The position numbers and the translations under genes are program-made. Source: Conidiobolus incongruus B7586 (Eukaryota). Taken from it: 56,986 nucleotides of DNA. The stretch lies in contig JNEM01010724.1 in NCBI GenBank assembly GCA_000697335.1, positions 1 through 56,986 of the forward strand, in the 5' to 3' direction. The notes beneath the pieces are model-generated. The model saw only the letters and a program-made list of their open reading frames with translations. It made no database searches and was not told the origin of the DNA. This document shows positions 35,909 to 48,600 of the stretch, piece after piece. Position 1 is the first letter of the stretch. Each line of letters opens with the position of its first letter.

Positions 35909-37600
35909 TTAGGTTCTGGACCCAAATTGAGATTCGAATTGCTCAACCAACTTATCCGCGATTTGCTTTGCACCATCCCAGTTATTTTGATATAATCTCA
36001 ACAATTCGATTAGAATCCAGAATTTCTTCTGGATCATATTGTAACTTGTGAGGGCTTGATTAAGCACAATTGCTTCAACTGGTTCAGAAGAGTTGTTGAA
36101 TTTGGCTGAATTGCAATGCAACAAACGTGCACAATGTAAAGCTCCGAGATAACATTCACCTACCTGGGTATAATAAAGTGATACAAATGGTGGCGAAGCG
36201 GGGGCTGGTGTATCAGGTGAGTTTACATTGGCCAAAGAAGCGACTTGAACCCAGTCTTGTAAGACTTGAACGACTTTATCTGCAGTTGAGATGGTAGCAG
36301 GTACAATATTAAGGAGGACTGGGTGTGTGAGAATTTGTTCGGCAATATCTAGCACAGGCTTATATAGTGATAATTTAGCAGAAAGGTAAAAAAAATATTG
36401 TAAAACGAGTTGATCGAGGAAAGGGTACTTGATTCGATTCTCATACAGGAGATAACTGGTTTTGTAATGGAGCGCGGGAGGAATATCGAGGTGCCAGCGT
36501 TCAAGCCTGACGCTCAATCTGCCCATTTCATCCAAAGCCCCTTGTCGTCGAGTTGGATCCTGAAGCAATGCGGTTTGGATATTAATTTCAGTGGTGAGCT
36601 TCAATAAACTTTGTGAGCTTGATAATGATTTTTTGATATAGTTTGGTAATTCACCCATAGTGGTTTGAACGACTTGGTGATTTGTGAAAGTGTAGGGAAT
36701 TAAATACTCTGGATTGAAATCGCCACTTATCATCCTGGGTTTTTTGATTAAATCACTGATTATATTGTCAGAAATTAGACACAAATGCCAAACTCTACGA
36801 ACCATTTTTATGTAACCCTCATCTTTATTCATATACTCTGTAGAATGAGGATTATCGACATCTTGAAGATTTAGCATTTGGGCCATGCGGATTGCTATAC
36901 TAACGTGGAACCAGCCTTTCATAAGCTTTCCTTCCAGAAGATCGATACTAGCTAAAACAAATAAGCATTGTATTTTACCGATATTCCCATCGCTGTTAGC
37001 CCAGTCCAGGTGACTGCTGGCCAGATCATAGTAGTATTTGGCAGCACTATGGTTCCTTCCAACTAGATCAGGATGATTGGAGTATCTAGCAGAATAAGCT
37101 AGAAGGGAATATACTAAGGATGGGTGTAGCTGATTGTGATCTCGAGAAATACCTAGAAATTCCGATAATTGAATAATTCTAGGATATCCATCATACTCAT
37201 GAAGAGTAAAGAATAGGCTAATTAATTTCTTTGCAAAGTCTGGGTTTTGGAAATTATCCGAGTAAAATACAAACGAAGGCACAGTTTGAGTTTTATTGAG
37301 TTGGGACCATGGTGTAAGTTCAAGGTTGCTATCCTCCTCTTCTTTTCTTTTTCTCTCTTTTTCCTCGATGAATTCTCTCAAAGTGGGAACAAGAGTTTGA
37401 AGTGTGTTCTCTAAGCTGGTCATTCTATTTTGAACTTTATTCAAAGTTGTCAATTTAGGTGGAGGTGGAGGCTGTTTGTTGGTATTCGAGGGTGGTTTGT
37501 AATAAGCACTACCTTCACGTTGTTCCAATCGAAATATATTATACATTCCTCTTTGAGACTTGGTATCTGAATCATTTTTCGTTGATGATTTTGAAGTCAT
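35909..37600 (-). CDS. Fungal-specific transcription factor domain protein (middle homology region) without a visible Zn2Cys6 cluster
   Basis: 563-aa intronless ORF with LVYSLLAYSARYS, IQCLFVLA, GWFHVSIAIRMAQMLNL and RRVWHLCLISD..IS....KP motifs. There is no Cys in the N-terminal region. Confidence 0.85.
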   Translation of the reverse strand: MTSKSSTKNDSDTKSQRGMYNIFRLEQREGSAYYKPPSNTNKQPPPPPKLTTLNKVQNRMTSLENTLQTLVPTLREFIEEKERKRKEEEDSNLELTPWSQLNKTQTVPSFVFYSDNFQNPDFAKKLISLFFTLHEYDGYPRIIQLSEFLGISRDHNQLHPSLVYSLLAYSARYSNHPDLVGRNHSAAKYYYDLASSHLDWANSDGNIGKIQCLFVLASIDLLEGKLMKGWFHVSIAIRMAQMLNLQDVDNPHSTEYMNKDEGYIKMVRRVWHLCLISDNIISDLIKKPRMISGDFNPEYLIPYTFTNHQVVQTTMGELPNYIKKSLSSSQSLLKLTTEINIQTALLQDPTRRQGALDEMGRLSVRLERWHLDIPPALHYKTSYLLYENRIKYPFLDQLVLQYFFYLSAKLSLYKPVLDIAEQILTHPVLLNIVPATISTADKVVQVLQDWVQVASLANVNSPDTPAPASPPFVSLYYTQVGECYLGALHCARLLHCNSAKFNNSSEPVEAIVLNQALTSYNMIQKKFWILIELLRLYQNNWDGAKQIADKLVEQFESQFGSRT

Positions 37601-38619
37601 TGGTAATCCACAAATATAAATAATGATAAAAATTAATTCTTAATTGATTATAGGAAAATTCTGGATATATTAAAATTTGGATCAAATGATAGGAAAATAG
37701 ATATATAGCTTAGAGATAGATGTGATTTCTAAAACTAAGAGAGAATTAGAGATTGCAATATTGTTTAAATTATAAATTATTAACTTGTAAATTAAAAATT
37801 GAAATTTGAATAAAAAAATGTTTTTTAAAATAAAACTCAATATTAAATTTAAAAACTAAATATCAGAATAAAATTGTTAAATATATGGTTTTAGTCGTGT
37901 TGAATTTTTATATATTTAAAACTATGATTTTAGTTAAAAACTAGTTACCTTATATTATATTTGAAAAGAAAAAGTAAATTGAACTAATAAAGGGTTTAGA
38001 AATTTGAGTATAAAAATTTTTTAATTTCAAATAGGACAACTAAAAGAAGCTTTAAAAGATATTAAATAGATCAATAAAAACTAGTACAAAATTGATTAAA
38101 AATACACGATTAAACTTGATCAATAAGCTGACACCTATATCCTAATTATAATAATCCCAATATTTGATTTTTATGGGATCAATATTGTTTGGCAAGATTT
38201 CAACCTGTTGCATTGATGTTTTCTAAAAAATCCACTATTTTTGAAATTTTCTGTAAAGTTGATTGGTTATTAGTTTCTTTTATAGGAAACAGATAAGAGT
38301 AGAGAAAAGAAATCTTGTTATATCAATAAAAGGCAATAAATTGCACATTGTTCATTAAAAAAATACAAATTTATACCACTGAATTGTTTAACCATATGAT
38401 TAATTATAAATAGTAATTTCGGATATTAAATATAAAAGTAAATATCATAAATCTATTAATTTTTTTTCTAATTAGGATATATAGTGTTAATTAGTCAGAT
38501 CTGATTATTACTTGACAAAGCTTGAACAGAAACTGCAAAACTTAAAATACTTTTACAAATAAAATTGTTATTTCAGTTAATCCAAATTTTATTCCTGTAA
38601 TTCAGTTGTATTTATTGAA

Positions 38620-38760
38620 AATATAAGTTAACGCTTACAATTAAACTTGTCCAAGCCTTGCGTGGAGTCCAGTGAACCTAAAGGGTAAAGCTCCAACGCC
38701 AATCCCAAAAACCGACTCAATTGACTGTTAGATAGCAAAGGAGTATGTTTCCAGCAATAT
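38620..38760 (-). ncRNA. Candidate omegaRNA scaffold / right end of the Fanzor element
   Basis: A GC-rich segment directly 3' of the nuclease stop, in otherwise very AT-rich DNA: GTCGGTTTTTGGGATTGGCGTTGGAGCTTTACCCTTTAGGTTCACTGGACTCCACGCAAGGCTTGGACAAG. GCGT(T)GGAG (38699-38691) can pair with CTCCACGC (38667-38660). Boundaries are inferred. Confidence 0.55.
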
Positions 38761-39098
38761 TGATATCTTGATCAATCTTTACATAACATTGGGAACATTT
38801 GAAAACCTTGCTTGATCTAAGCTCTAAATGCATATATCCACAATTGCATTATATTTTACTTTTGTGGTACTTATCATAAATGATTTCTTTGTGTCAAAGG
38901 CATTCTCTTTTTATTGTGTAAGGTTTGCTCAAATCAGTCATAAGGTAACTTTGACAGATCTTGTATATTCATATTTAATTTTTGATAGATCTTTTTTATT
39001 TTTTAGGTTTTAAATCCAACAAATAAAATAATATAATGTGATTTGAGAATCATTTTAAGGAATGTGGAATATATTTTATCTACAATATTTTTAATTCA
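38717..39098 (-). mobile_element. Decayed Fanzor2/TnpB-like RNA-guided nuclease gene, C-terminal part
   Basis: Manual translation: *IKNIVDKIYSTFLKMILKSHYIILFVGFKT*KIKK...LSKLPYD*FEQTLHNK, then a frameshift near 38905, then RECL*HKEIIYDKYHKSKI*CNCGYMHLELRSSKVFKCSQCYVKIDQDINIAGNILLCYLTVN*. This follows the Fanzor2/IS607-TnpB order RI.N.VDE, IILLP.F.T, HY.F.Q.L..K, E.YTSK.C..CG, SKVFKC..C....DRD.N.A.NILL. Confidence 0.85.
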
Positions 39099-39719
39099 GT
39101 TTAGATTTTTCTAGTTAATTTTTTTCTTATAATATTTTTAATAAAAATTTTTACTTAGGTTTATAGGTTTTGTATTATATTTTAAATAAACTAAAAATAA
39201 TAATTTCTTGCAATATTTTTTGATTTAAATTAATAATTCAAAAGAATAAACTTTTATTTACGTTAATTTGTTAAGATATTTAATTAAAATTTTTGAATTA
39301 TTTTTAATCGGGAGTTTAATTAACACTTTAAATTTCTAATAATATTAAAATATAGTGTTCAAATTTGTTTTAGTTTTATTTATTATAATTTATGATTACA
39401 ATTAATTTTTATTAATAATAACTTAATCTTTGAAACATGTTAGTTATCAAGATATATAAGATAACAATCTTTAAGTTTTATTCAGTATTTTAAATAAATA
39501 ATGGTAAACTGAAATTAGATATATATATATTGATATATAGCTTTAATATAATATATTTTAACAGAAATGTTTTTGAATATATATTTAATATTTTCAAGAG
39601 GCTAATTCTTAATATTCTTAAATATTTCTATGTAATTCATTAACCTATAAATTATATGATTAATTTATACTTTTAAAGCTAAATTAATTGTATAAATAGC
39701 ATTAAATTATTTAATAAAC

Positions 39720-40000
39720 AAGGTTTCTCTTTTTCCCTCTTAATTCTTACTATTTTTTATCTTTTCTACAATTTCTAAGGTTAAGACTATTCTCTATCAA
39801 TATTACAATATATTAGCATTACCTAATATAAAACCTAATATATTAGGGTTGACTTATTTGTTATATAAAGCTTAATTAAACTTTGTTTACATTTATAATA
39901 TCTTGTTATATTATTAACACCATATTATAAGCTATATTGCTATTATATTAAGTCTTCCTCTATATTGTATTGGTTTTGTTACTACTATACATACAAATAT
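39720..40000. repeat. Dispersed degenerate repeat, copy 1 (homologous to 55528-55790)
   Basis: AGGTTTCTCTTTTTCCCTCT...ATTTCTAAGGTTAAGACTAT...TCAATATTACAATATATTAGCATTACCTAATATAAA...AAGCTTAATTAAA...ATATTAAGTCTTCCT is colinear with the 55.5-kb copy. Confidence 0.75.
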
Positions 40001-40632
40001 AAAATTATATATAATATTTTTAATTCTTAATTTGTTTAAATAATATAATTTTAAATATTTTGTTATTCATTATTTTTAAATTAATATTTTATTTAGTTTT
40101 TATAGAATATTATTTATATATTCTTTTTATTTAAATTAATTTATTGATTTTCTAATAATTCAACAACCAACTAAAGTTTTTTTTTAATTTATAAATGAAT
40201 TTTAATATTATTTCTTCTTTATATTTTTTAATTAATAATAAAAGAATAATCAATATTAGTTTAAGTTATATATCTTTTTTATTATGATATTTTTTATTAT
40301 AGTCCCAAATTAAGCCAAATATAAAGCTATATTAAATTAATTAATGAAGTTACAATAAAAATAAAAGCTATATTAATTTATAAATCAATAAAACCTTGAT
40401 AAAAAAATTAATATCAATAATAATTTCAATATTTTAATAGGTAATAATTAAATAATTATTATCATAAATATTTTATATTAAATATATCAAATATATAAAA
40501 TTATAATATTAATTATATAAATAAAGAAAAGTTAAAATAATAAATATTTATAAATAAATTTTAAACTAATAATTATAATAAAAATAATAGAAAGTAAGTA
40601 ATAGGCAAAAAATATAAAAGATAAAGCTAAAA

Positions 40633-40663
<31 letters not shown>

Positions 40664-41629
40664 CAATTAAAAAATTATTAATATTTAAAAATTAAGTAAA
40701 ACATGGATCCACTTATTAATAATATTTTAATTTTTTCATTTTTATCCTAATATTTATAATTTCTGAATAACATTTTAGATTATTATTATATTTTAAAAGC
40801 AAAGAACATTTTGAAAATTATTTATATATAATTAAATGATGGAATGATATGACCTAGTACATATAGCTTAAAACAGAGTATTATTTTAAAATAATATCCA
40901 AATATCTGTGTTATATCTGATAGTTTATCAAGGTTGTATTTAAATATATACATATATACTCAAAACCAATAGTACTCTGGAAAAGACCATACTTATTATA
41001 AGATTTAATTAAAATATTATATTTTAAAAAATTGTTTATATATTAAGAAATTAACATTAATATAAAAATAAGCTTAATAATTATATAAATTTTTATAATT
41101 TTGAAAACATTTATAATTTAGATTAATATAAAAATTATAATCGATAAACAAATAATAATAAGTTTATAAGAAGATTTTCTTTTAATATAATAAATATAAA
41201 TCAAAAATATTGCTATAAAAACTTGATATCATTGATGATACATAATAAATACTATAATTATTGATTTTTCTTTTATTTTTTATATATAAAAAGAGTATAT
41301 CATAAAGTTTCAGAAAATATCTATAATTAGATTGAGTAAGCTGTTTATATTTTTATATTTTAAAAGATAGTCAAATAATAAAAAAAATTTAATAATATGC
41401 AAAATTTTTAAAGTAGTTTTTAACAAATTTATTAATAACATATATCTTAGATATTAATAATATTTTAATTATCATTAAATATATTATATTTCAAAATTAA
41501 CTATACTAAATATGATAGTTAAACTAATATTATTTCTATTTCAAGTTGTCTTTGTCAATCTCTAATTAAAGGATACTTTTGTTCTTTTTGTCAGGTATAT
41601 CATTCATTGAATCAACTATTTAAACCCCA

Positions 41630-42310
41630 AAAGTGATAAAGATAGAAAAAAAAGTTTTTCTGGATATTCTGCTATAATATCTTAATAATAAGTTCTAAGA
41701 AATACAATCCCAATACTTTAAAGAGCAGGATTAATAAATAATTTACCAAATCATATTACTGGTACTTTTCTAACAATAATCTTTAATTTTATAACTAATT
41801 ATAAAATACAACAATTGTATTGATTAAAATATGTTTTATTTATATTATTTTATTGATTCAAAAATGCAAAATCAATTAATTTTTAGTCCTACAACCAATT
41901 TCTAAATAATTTATCCTAATAAAATATATTATATTTACATAATAATTCACAATACTATTGTATTTTAAAAATACCTTCCTGCCTTTATTTGATGCTTAAA
42001 TCAATATTATTGATAATTCAGAATGGTTATGTTGCTTTATAATCAATTAATACTCTTTATTATCTTTGTTAGATTTTAATCAAACCCTATGTCATTCACT
42101 AAACAAACTATTTAAATTCCCATAGTAAGAAAAAGAAAATATGATTTTTTTGAAATTTTGCTACAATGTTTCAATAGTAAAGCTAATTATAAGACATATA
42201 GTCCTAGAATATTAAAGAGCTGGATTAATAAATTATTTATTAAATGATATTACCAGTATTTATCTAAAGACAATATATACTTATAAAACACTTTACAGAA
42301 TATAACAACA
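41630..42310. repeat. Degenerate direct duplication (about 41630-41815 versus 42125-42310)
   Basis: Shared blocks such as TTAAAGAGC[A/T]GGATTAATAAAT and ATATTAC[TG/CA]GTA recur about 490 nt apart. Confidence 0.55.
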
Positions 42311-42321
42311 CTCAATATATG

Positions 42322-42640
42322 TATTATCCTAGTGCTGGAAACTAGAATGATTGTATTGAATTAAGTTGGATTATTGGTAAGTTATAGGATTAAAATATAG
42401 TTATAGAGTTTTATTGGGAATCTTTGATAGAGACTTAGAGTTATAGCTAGGTAATTGGGTACATTGATGAATGAATAGACAGATAGATAGGTAGATAGAT
42501 AGATCCCTGTTGTACTTTCCTCTCCCTTCATACTGGGATAAGAATGGATCAATTTAAGGGAAAATAGGATAAAAGGTAAATTATGGGTAAACTGACATAA
42601 AAGGTAAATATATATGGATTAATTGGATAGATATGTGACA
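42322..42640 (-). mobile_element. Solo LTR (319 bp) with a 5-bp target-site duplication
   Basis: Right terminus GTGACA; left terminus TATTAT equals TGTCAC after three transitions. Flanked by ATATG direct repeats (42317-42321, 42641-42645). G-rich on the + strand, with an internal (AGAT)n tract. Confidence 0.65.
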
Positions 42641-45600
42641 ATATGTTAATTAATAAATTCAAGATATCATACTATTTTTCAATTAAGCTAATATTTTTGC
42701 TTTAATATCAGTTTAATAATTGTACATATCTTATTTGAAATGACTATTCTGTATCAAAAAATTGAATTATTGCTTTCAAATTTAGTCTGTACAATTATAT
42801 TTTTGTTTTAATAATTTTACAATAATAATATATATTAATTTCACAGAACATAAATAATCTGAACTATACTAAATGTTATCATTTATGGATTTACTGCAGT
42901 ATAATAATTTTTAAAAATAATGATGAAATATTTAAAATCGATATAATGAATAGTCATCGACTATATTTAAAATATTATGTCTTTTTATATATTCAATGGA
43001 AGCGTATCCACTAAGAGTAGCAAATTCACTGTTGTATAATCGTTCAAAAATAGAATATAAGATCAGAAAATCTATTACATTCATAAAATTGTTTTAAAAA
43101 TTCAATAATATTAACATTACATTAACTATCGTCTATATATGTATCATTGAGAATCAAGGTTCAAGATTACTGGTAGAGTTCCTGTCATTTCTGGATTATT
43201 AACAAATATTTTTCTGATAAATATATCTATCAATGTATATTGATAATGACTATAGCCTTATTATTTTATATTGAATGAATTTTACTATAAATTTATGATT
43301 ACCTTTTTAATAAGCATTATCACAAATATCAAATATTAATTTAAAGTTCGCAAAATTAATATCAAGAAGTGAGCCATAATTTAAAGCTATGATTGATGTA
43401 ATCGAAACAAATCTTGAGACATTTTCTGATATCATTATAATACGATTTCTACTACCCAAATTGAAAATTACATTTTTTTCAAATTGTAAGAAATGAATCA
43501 AGTAAAATCATTGGATATTCTTGCAAAATTTTGGATCAAAAAATTACTCAGACTTGTTATGAAAATGAATTTTTGTATTTTTTTAATCAATCAATGCATA
43601 TTAATATTATAAATAATATTTATATACAATATCACATGTGTTGTTTATATTAGTATTTTTCAATATTAGTTCTATTATTACTATAATGATATTTTTCTAA
43701 TTTTCAATATTATTTAAAATATACTTTAGTTACAAAATGAATCAAGGTGTAAAATTTTTAAAAGTATAATCACCAATAAAATTTTATATTACATTAAATA
43801 TTCATATATAATAATTAAAAATATATCATTAAGTCAAGCTCAAAATTTATATGATATTATTCTATTGATTTAATTCAATGTGGTTGTAAATTTTGAAACT
43901 CAGAATTTCATATAAAGTCTATTCATCATTGTTGTTAAAGCTTAATATTAAATTTATTGACAATTTTACTCAATCATTATTTAAAAATATCATCGCTATG
44001 GAATTGCCTAGTGAATTGATATATTTAGGTCCTCCTGCCTTTATCACTGTATTGATTCTAGATTTTATGTTCCTTTAACTGGTTTTACAATTGGGCGTAT
44101 TCGCATTTGGTAAAGCTTATCCAAAGATCTTAATGATGGTTTAGTTAGAAATTCAAACAATCTAGTATTATATTTCCAAAATATCCACCGCCATTGAGTA
44201 AAGTATTTTACAATCAGTGTTATCTCTTGGATGATATGGAATCTATTATATTATAATGTCTTAATAGAACAAAATTCTTACTGGATGGAAAGAAGAGTTA
44301 AAATTGGACATATATAGGTTTCGGTGTTTATACAATCTTAGTGCTGGTAATTAGAATTATTTGCTCACTTGTTAGTTGGTTAGTTTTAGACTTAACATAT
44401 TTAGAAATAGTCAACTGTATTAACTTGAATCTTTTAACTCTATTAGCTATTACCGAAATATTTATTAGTTAAAACTTGTCTCTATATTCTAAATCCAAAT
44501 TAACGTCAATATCTCTAAGTCTTTGAAAGAAAGACAAATTTTGCTTGAGTATTAACATTTTATGTGCTTTGGTGGATTTATCCATTGTAATATTATAAAA
44601 TTGTGGAAGTGGTACTTTATCTTATAATATTAAGACTTGCTCAATTGCCTTTGAAATTGTATTTGAATGTATGTGCTTTTAATTTATCAAAGGAATCGTA
44701 TTCAGTTTTCAATAATAATGCTGGTATGGTACTTGAATAATATTTTGATTTCCTATAAAATATCAAAATATTTCAATTTAATAAGGTTAACCATATGTTG
44801 AAACATTCAATTATAATTCCATTATCTCATTGGTTTTAATTAGCATACATTACAGTTGAAAATTCAAAATTACAAGCAAATATATCCAAAAAAGTGCGAG
44901 TAACTATATATTGAACCTTATTTTGAATTTAGATATATATTTTTCACTTTTGAATATTAAATATAAAAAAATTAAGGTTATTTGCATTGGTATAGTACAG
45001 TCAATTTTATTATTGGTATTTTACCATATTTTTGATATATTGAAAACGTTATTATTATCTTTATTTAATCATATTAGTTAATTATTAGAAATTGATTATA
45101 TCAAATTTTTTATAACTCAATTTAAAAAAAAAGCTTAATATTTACTCAAATAGTTCAATAATATGATTGGTAAATATATTACACTCTAAAATATTGATTT
45201 AAAATCAAGTCAAAAAAGAATAATTTTGTTTTATAAAATTTATACAAAAAAAGAGCATGGAGCAATCCAATTCTATGTTTGTTACTAATTCTAAAATATT
45301 ATACACAAGGGTTATTGGTTGTATAAATAATTTAAAACCATTACAAAAATGTCAAATATCTAATACATGATAAAGAAAATCTAATTTTTACGCTAACAAA
45401 TATATGGAAAATATTAAATATAAGATGGAAAATAGTCATATCATTCGGTATAATATTCAGCAACCTTCATCTTATGCGTTATAATCAAAACTTATTCCAA
45501 TTTTATTTATTATTATTGATATTATGTATAGTTGCAATCAGGATTAATTTCTATTTGTTAAATAAAAAGGACAATAAAGTTTGAATTGGATGAATAATAT

Positions 45601-48600
45601 AAAATTTGATATATTTATAAAATTGTTAATTTTGATAATAATCAAAACATTGGTTAATTATATTTTATTTTTCAATTTGTTATTATAGGCAAAATGATAA
45701 TGAATATATTTCTAAAGAAAAAAACTATTTTAATAGATGATATCGTTAGAGTCATACAATTAATAGTGTAATAAAAATTATTTAAGAATTATTTTATAGA
45801 ATATTTTAAAATTGGGGAATATTAAATTAGAAAATGAAAAATTTAAAAATATCACATATATTATCTTAATAATTCGAATATTAGCTGCAACAAAGTTGAT
45901 ATACAAGTATAAAATTGTAGGTATTTTACTCATAAATGAGTTATTTCCTATCATGATATTCTTCTTAATATTTAATATCAATCGAAGAAAACAATTACAA
46001 CTTTTAATTATATACAGAAATATATATATATATATATATATATCACATCATTATAAATAGTTTATCATTGAATGCTTGGATAGTTAATGCTGTAATAGTT
46101 GATATAATCAAATAAATCATTCATCAACTATCATATATTATTTTAAAATTTTTTATTAACTAATCCATTCTTTGAACAAAATTTTTAACCATCTGTTGAA
46201 TAATATTAATTATATTTATTATGACCGTATTAATTAAAGGATTATACGAATTATATATTTCCTATAAACAAATGGAAAGCTAAGTATTTTGCACAATTTA
46301 TCCAAATTAATATACCAATAATATAAATAAATAGATATATATTATTTATATTGAACAGATAATTAATTACAAATTCCTTTCAATTATATTCTCTTTAATA
46401 TTCTATATCAAAACTCACATAATCAAATAATCATATTGATATTGATAATCAATACTTTGTATAAATATATCTAGAACAAACTGAACTGGACAAAATTATA
46501 TTCATAATAAATTGATTAAATTCTGATTAAAATGATGCTGAAACTTGAAGTCTAATGTCAAAATTTTCATTTATTTCTCTCTGAGTTTTAAAATGCCAAT
46601 TTGTGTGTAAGAAAATTTCAATTCACATATTCTCACAAATGTTTCAAATTTATTACTATAGTTAATTTTGCAAATTCTCTTCAACTTCGATCAATGATGG
46701 AAAATGTGGTGCTTTGAAGTGTATATAATACTAGTAAATTCAATATGAATAATTAATGTGTTTTTATTTTAATAAATGAATATTTGATTTTTGAGAGCAA
46801 TATTACAAATAGAGTATAAGTATTCAAGTATATATTTTCTAGTATATTCATTAAAAATAAAGTATAGATATATGTCAATAAATTTCATCTTTAAAAAATA
46901 ATAATATAATTATTAATTACTTATAAAAGGAAAAATTTAAAACGATAATCAATATTTATATAATAAGATAATGATTTTATTTTGAAAATATAACAAAATT
47001 CCTAATTTATTAAATAATTTTAAAGGAAGAAATTTTAATGAGTTATCAATAAATTCATATATAATAATATCTATTATACCTTCATTATAACATTTAATAT
47101 ACAATAACTTTGCGAAAATCAAACTCTTGTATCAAATAATTATTAAATACAAAAATTGAATAGAATTCTATTATCAAATCGCTAAATTTTATTGATGAAT
47201 TAAACAAAAAAGATAAGAATCAATTTGATCAAATTATTCATAAAATGAGAAAAATAGCATTAATCACAAATATTCCAATAGAAAATCATTCTATCAATGA
47301 TAAATATGCTTAATTGGTCTAATGAACCCTCTGATATTATAGGTTTTATATGTAAAATATAGCCAATTATGGAGTAGGGATCATAATTATGTAATAAAAT
47401 CCTCGTTTATATTTTTCAGAGGAAATTTAGAGGGTAATTTAATTTATTAGCATTGTTTGTAATTATTTTACTCAATTCAGAATTAAATGCTTTTATTGAA
47501 ATATAGGAGATTAATGAAGTTATTATTTAAAAATAATAAAAAGATGATTTTTAAATAATGTTTAAAATACTCTTATATTATATAAAATTTGATAACAATA
47601 TTAATTAGACTAATAATATTTGAATTGATTGAATACCTTTAATATAAATTATGATATAAAAATTGTTGGAAGATCAATATTATGCAAATTTGAATAATTA
47701 AAAATTAGATTGACATAAATTGAATTTTAAATAGCACCACCAAAAATGCTGTCTATAAAACCTATTTTAATGAAGAGTATTGATAATTTTGTTAATAATT
47801 CAAATTTTATTAAATTAAAAATTAACAAATTAGGATTTTATTTACTATGATAATTATCAAAATCTTCATATTATTAACAAAAATGGTTTTGATAATTTGA
47901 TGCTGAAGTTGATCCAAGGTACTTAATATATTCTTTAATAGAAAAATAGAAAATATTAAAAACCTCTTTTAATGTATTTATATTAAATAATATGCATTCA
48001 ATTTCTATTGACAATATTTTTTTATGTTATATTATAAAAAATAAAAATTCTGATATTTTTAATTTGTATTTTGTGTATTACTATTAGTCAATTAAAATAA
48101 GATTTAATTTTATCAGATTTTTTCATATTTAGACAATTTCAAACAATTTAGGTTAGTACATGAAAATTATTGTATATACATATATAGTAAAATTTGTTAA
48201 AGAAATAATGTATACAAAATTATACATATAACAATTTATAAAATTGTATCTTAATTTTATGATATAATAAACTATTTCATCCAGTATTCCCATCAAAATG
48301 ATTATAATGTAGGATTAACATTAATAAATTTAGAAAATACTATAAATTAATAATTTAAATTTGAATATATAAATGCTTTTAAAATAAGTTTTAACCAATG
48401 ATATTGCTGCTGAATTATTTATATCCCTTGAGAATAGCTATTGTAATTTTTATATAATATTCTATATGATGAATTGTTTTTTATGATTAATTAGGCTTTC
48501 CCCAATCAAGTTTCTGAATTTATTTAGCGATTTATAGTTAGATCTGAACTAAATTTTGATTTTTTTAGAAACGCCGCATTTTTTTAATTGCTATCAAATG

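Noticed and set aside
38828..39013. 61-aa plus-strand hydrophobic ORF
   Set aside because: It is the antisense shadow of the Fanzor relic.
43990..44800. Minus-strand SRINTVIKAGGPKY resembling a Tc1 transposase C-terminus; plus-strand hydrophobic MELPSELIYLGPPAFITVLIL
   Set aside because: No upstream DDE motifs or TIRs support a transposase, and the plus-strand frame is full of stops. It cannot be assigned.
45778..46060. Ile/Asn/Lys-rich ORFs on both strands (similar ones at 21972, 33659, 33881, 43307)
   Set aside because: Chance ORFs in very AT-rich DNA, with low-complexity composition and no motifs.
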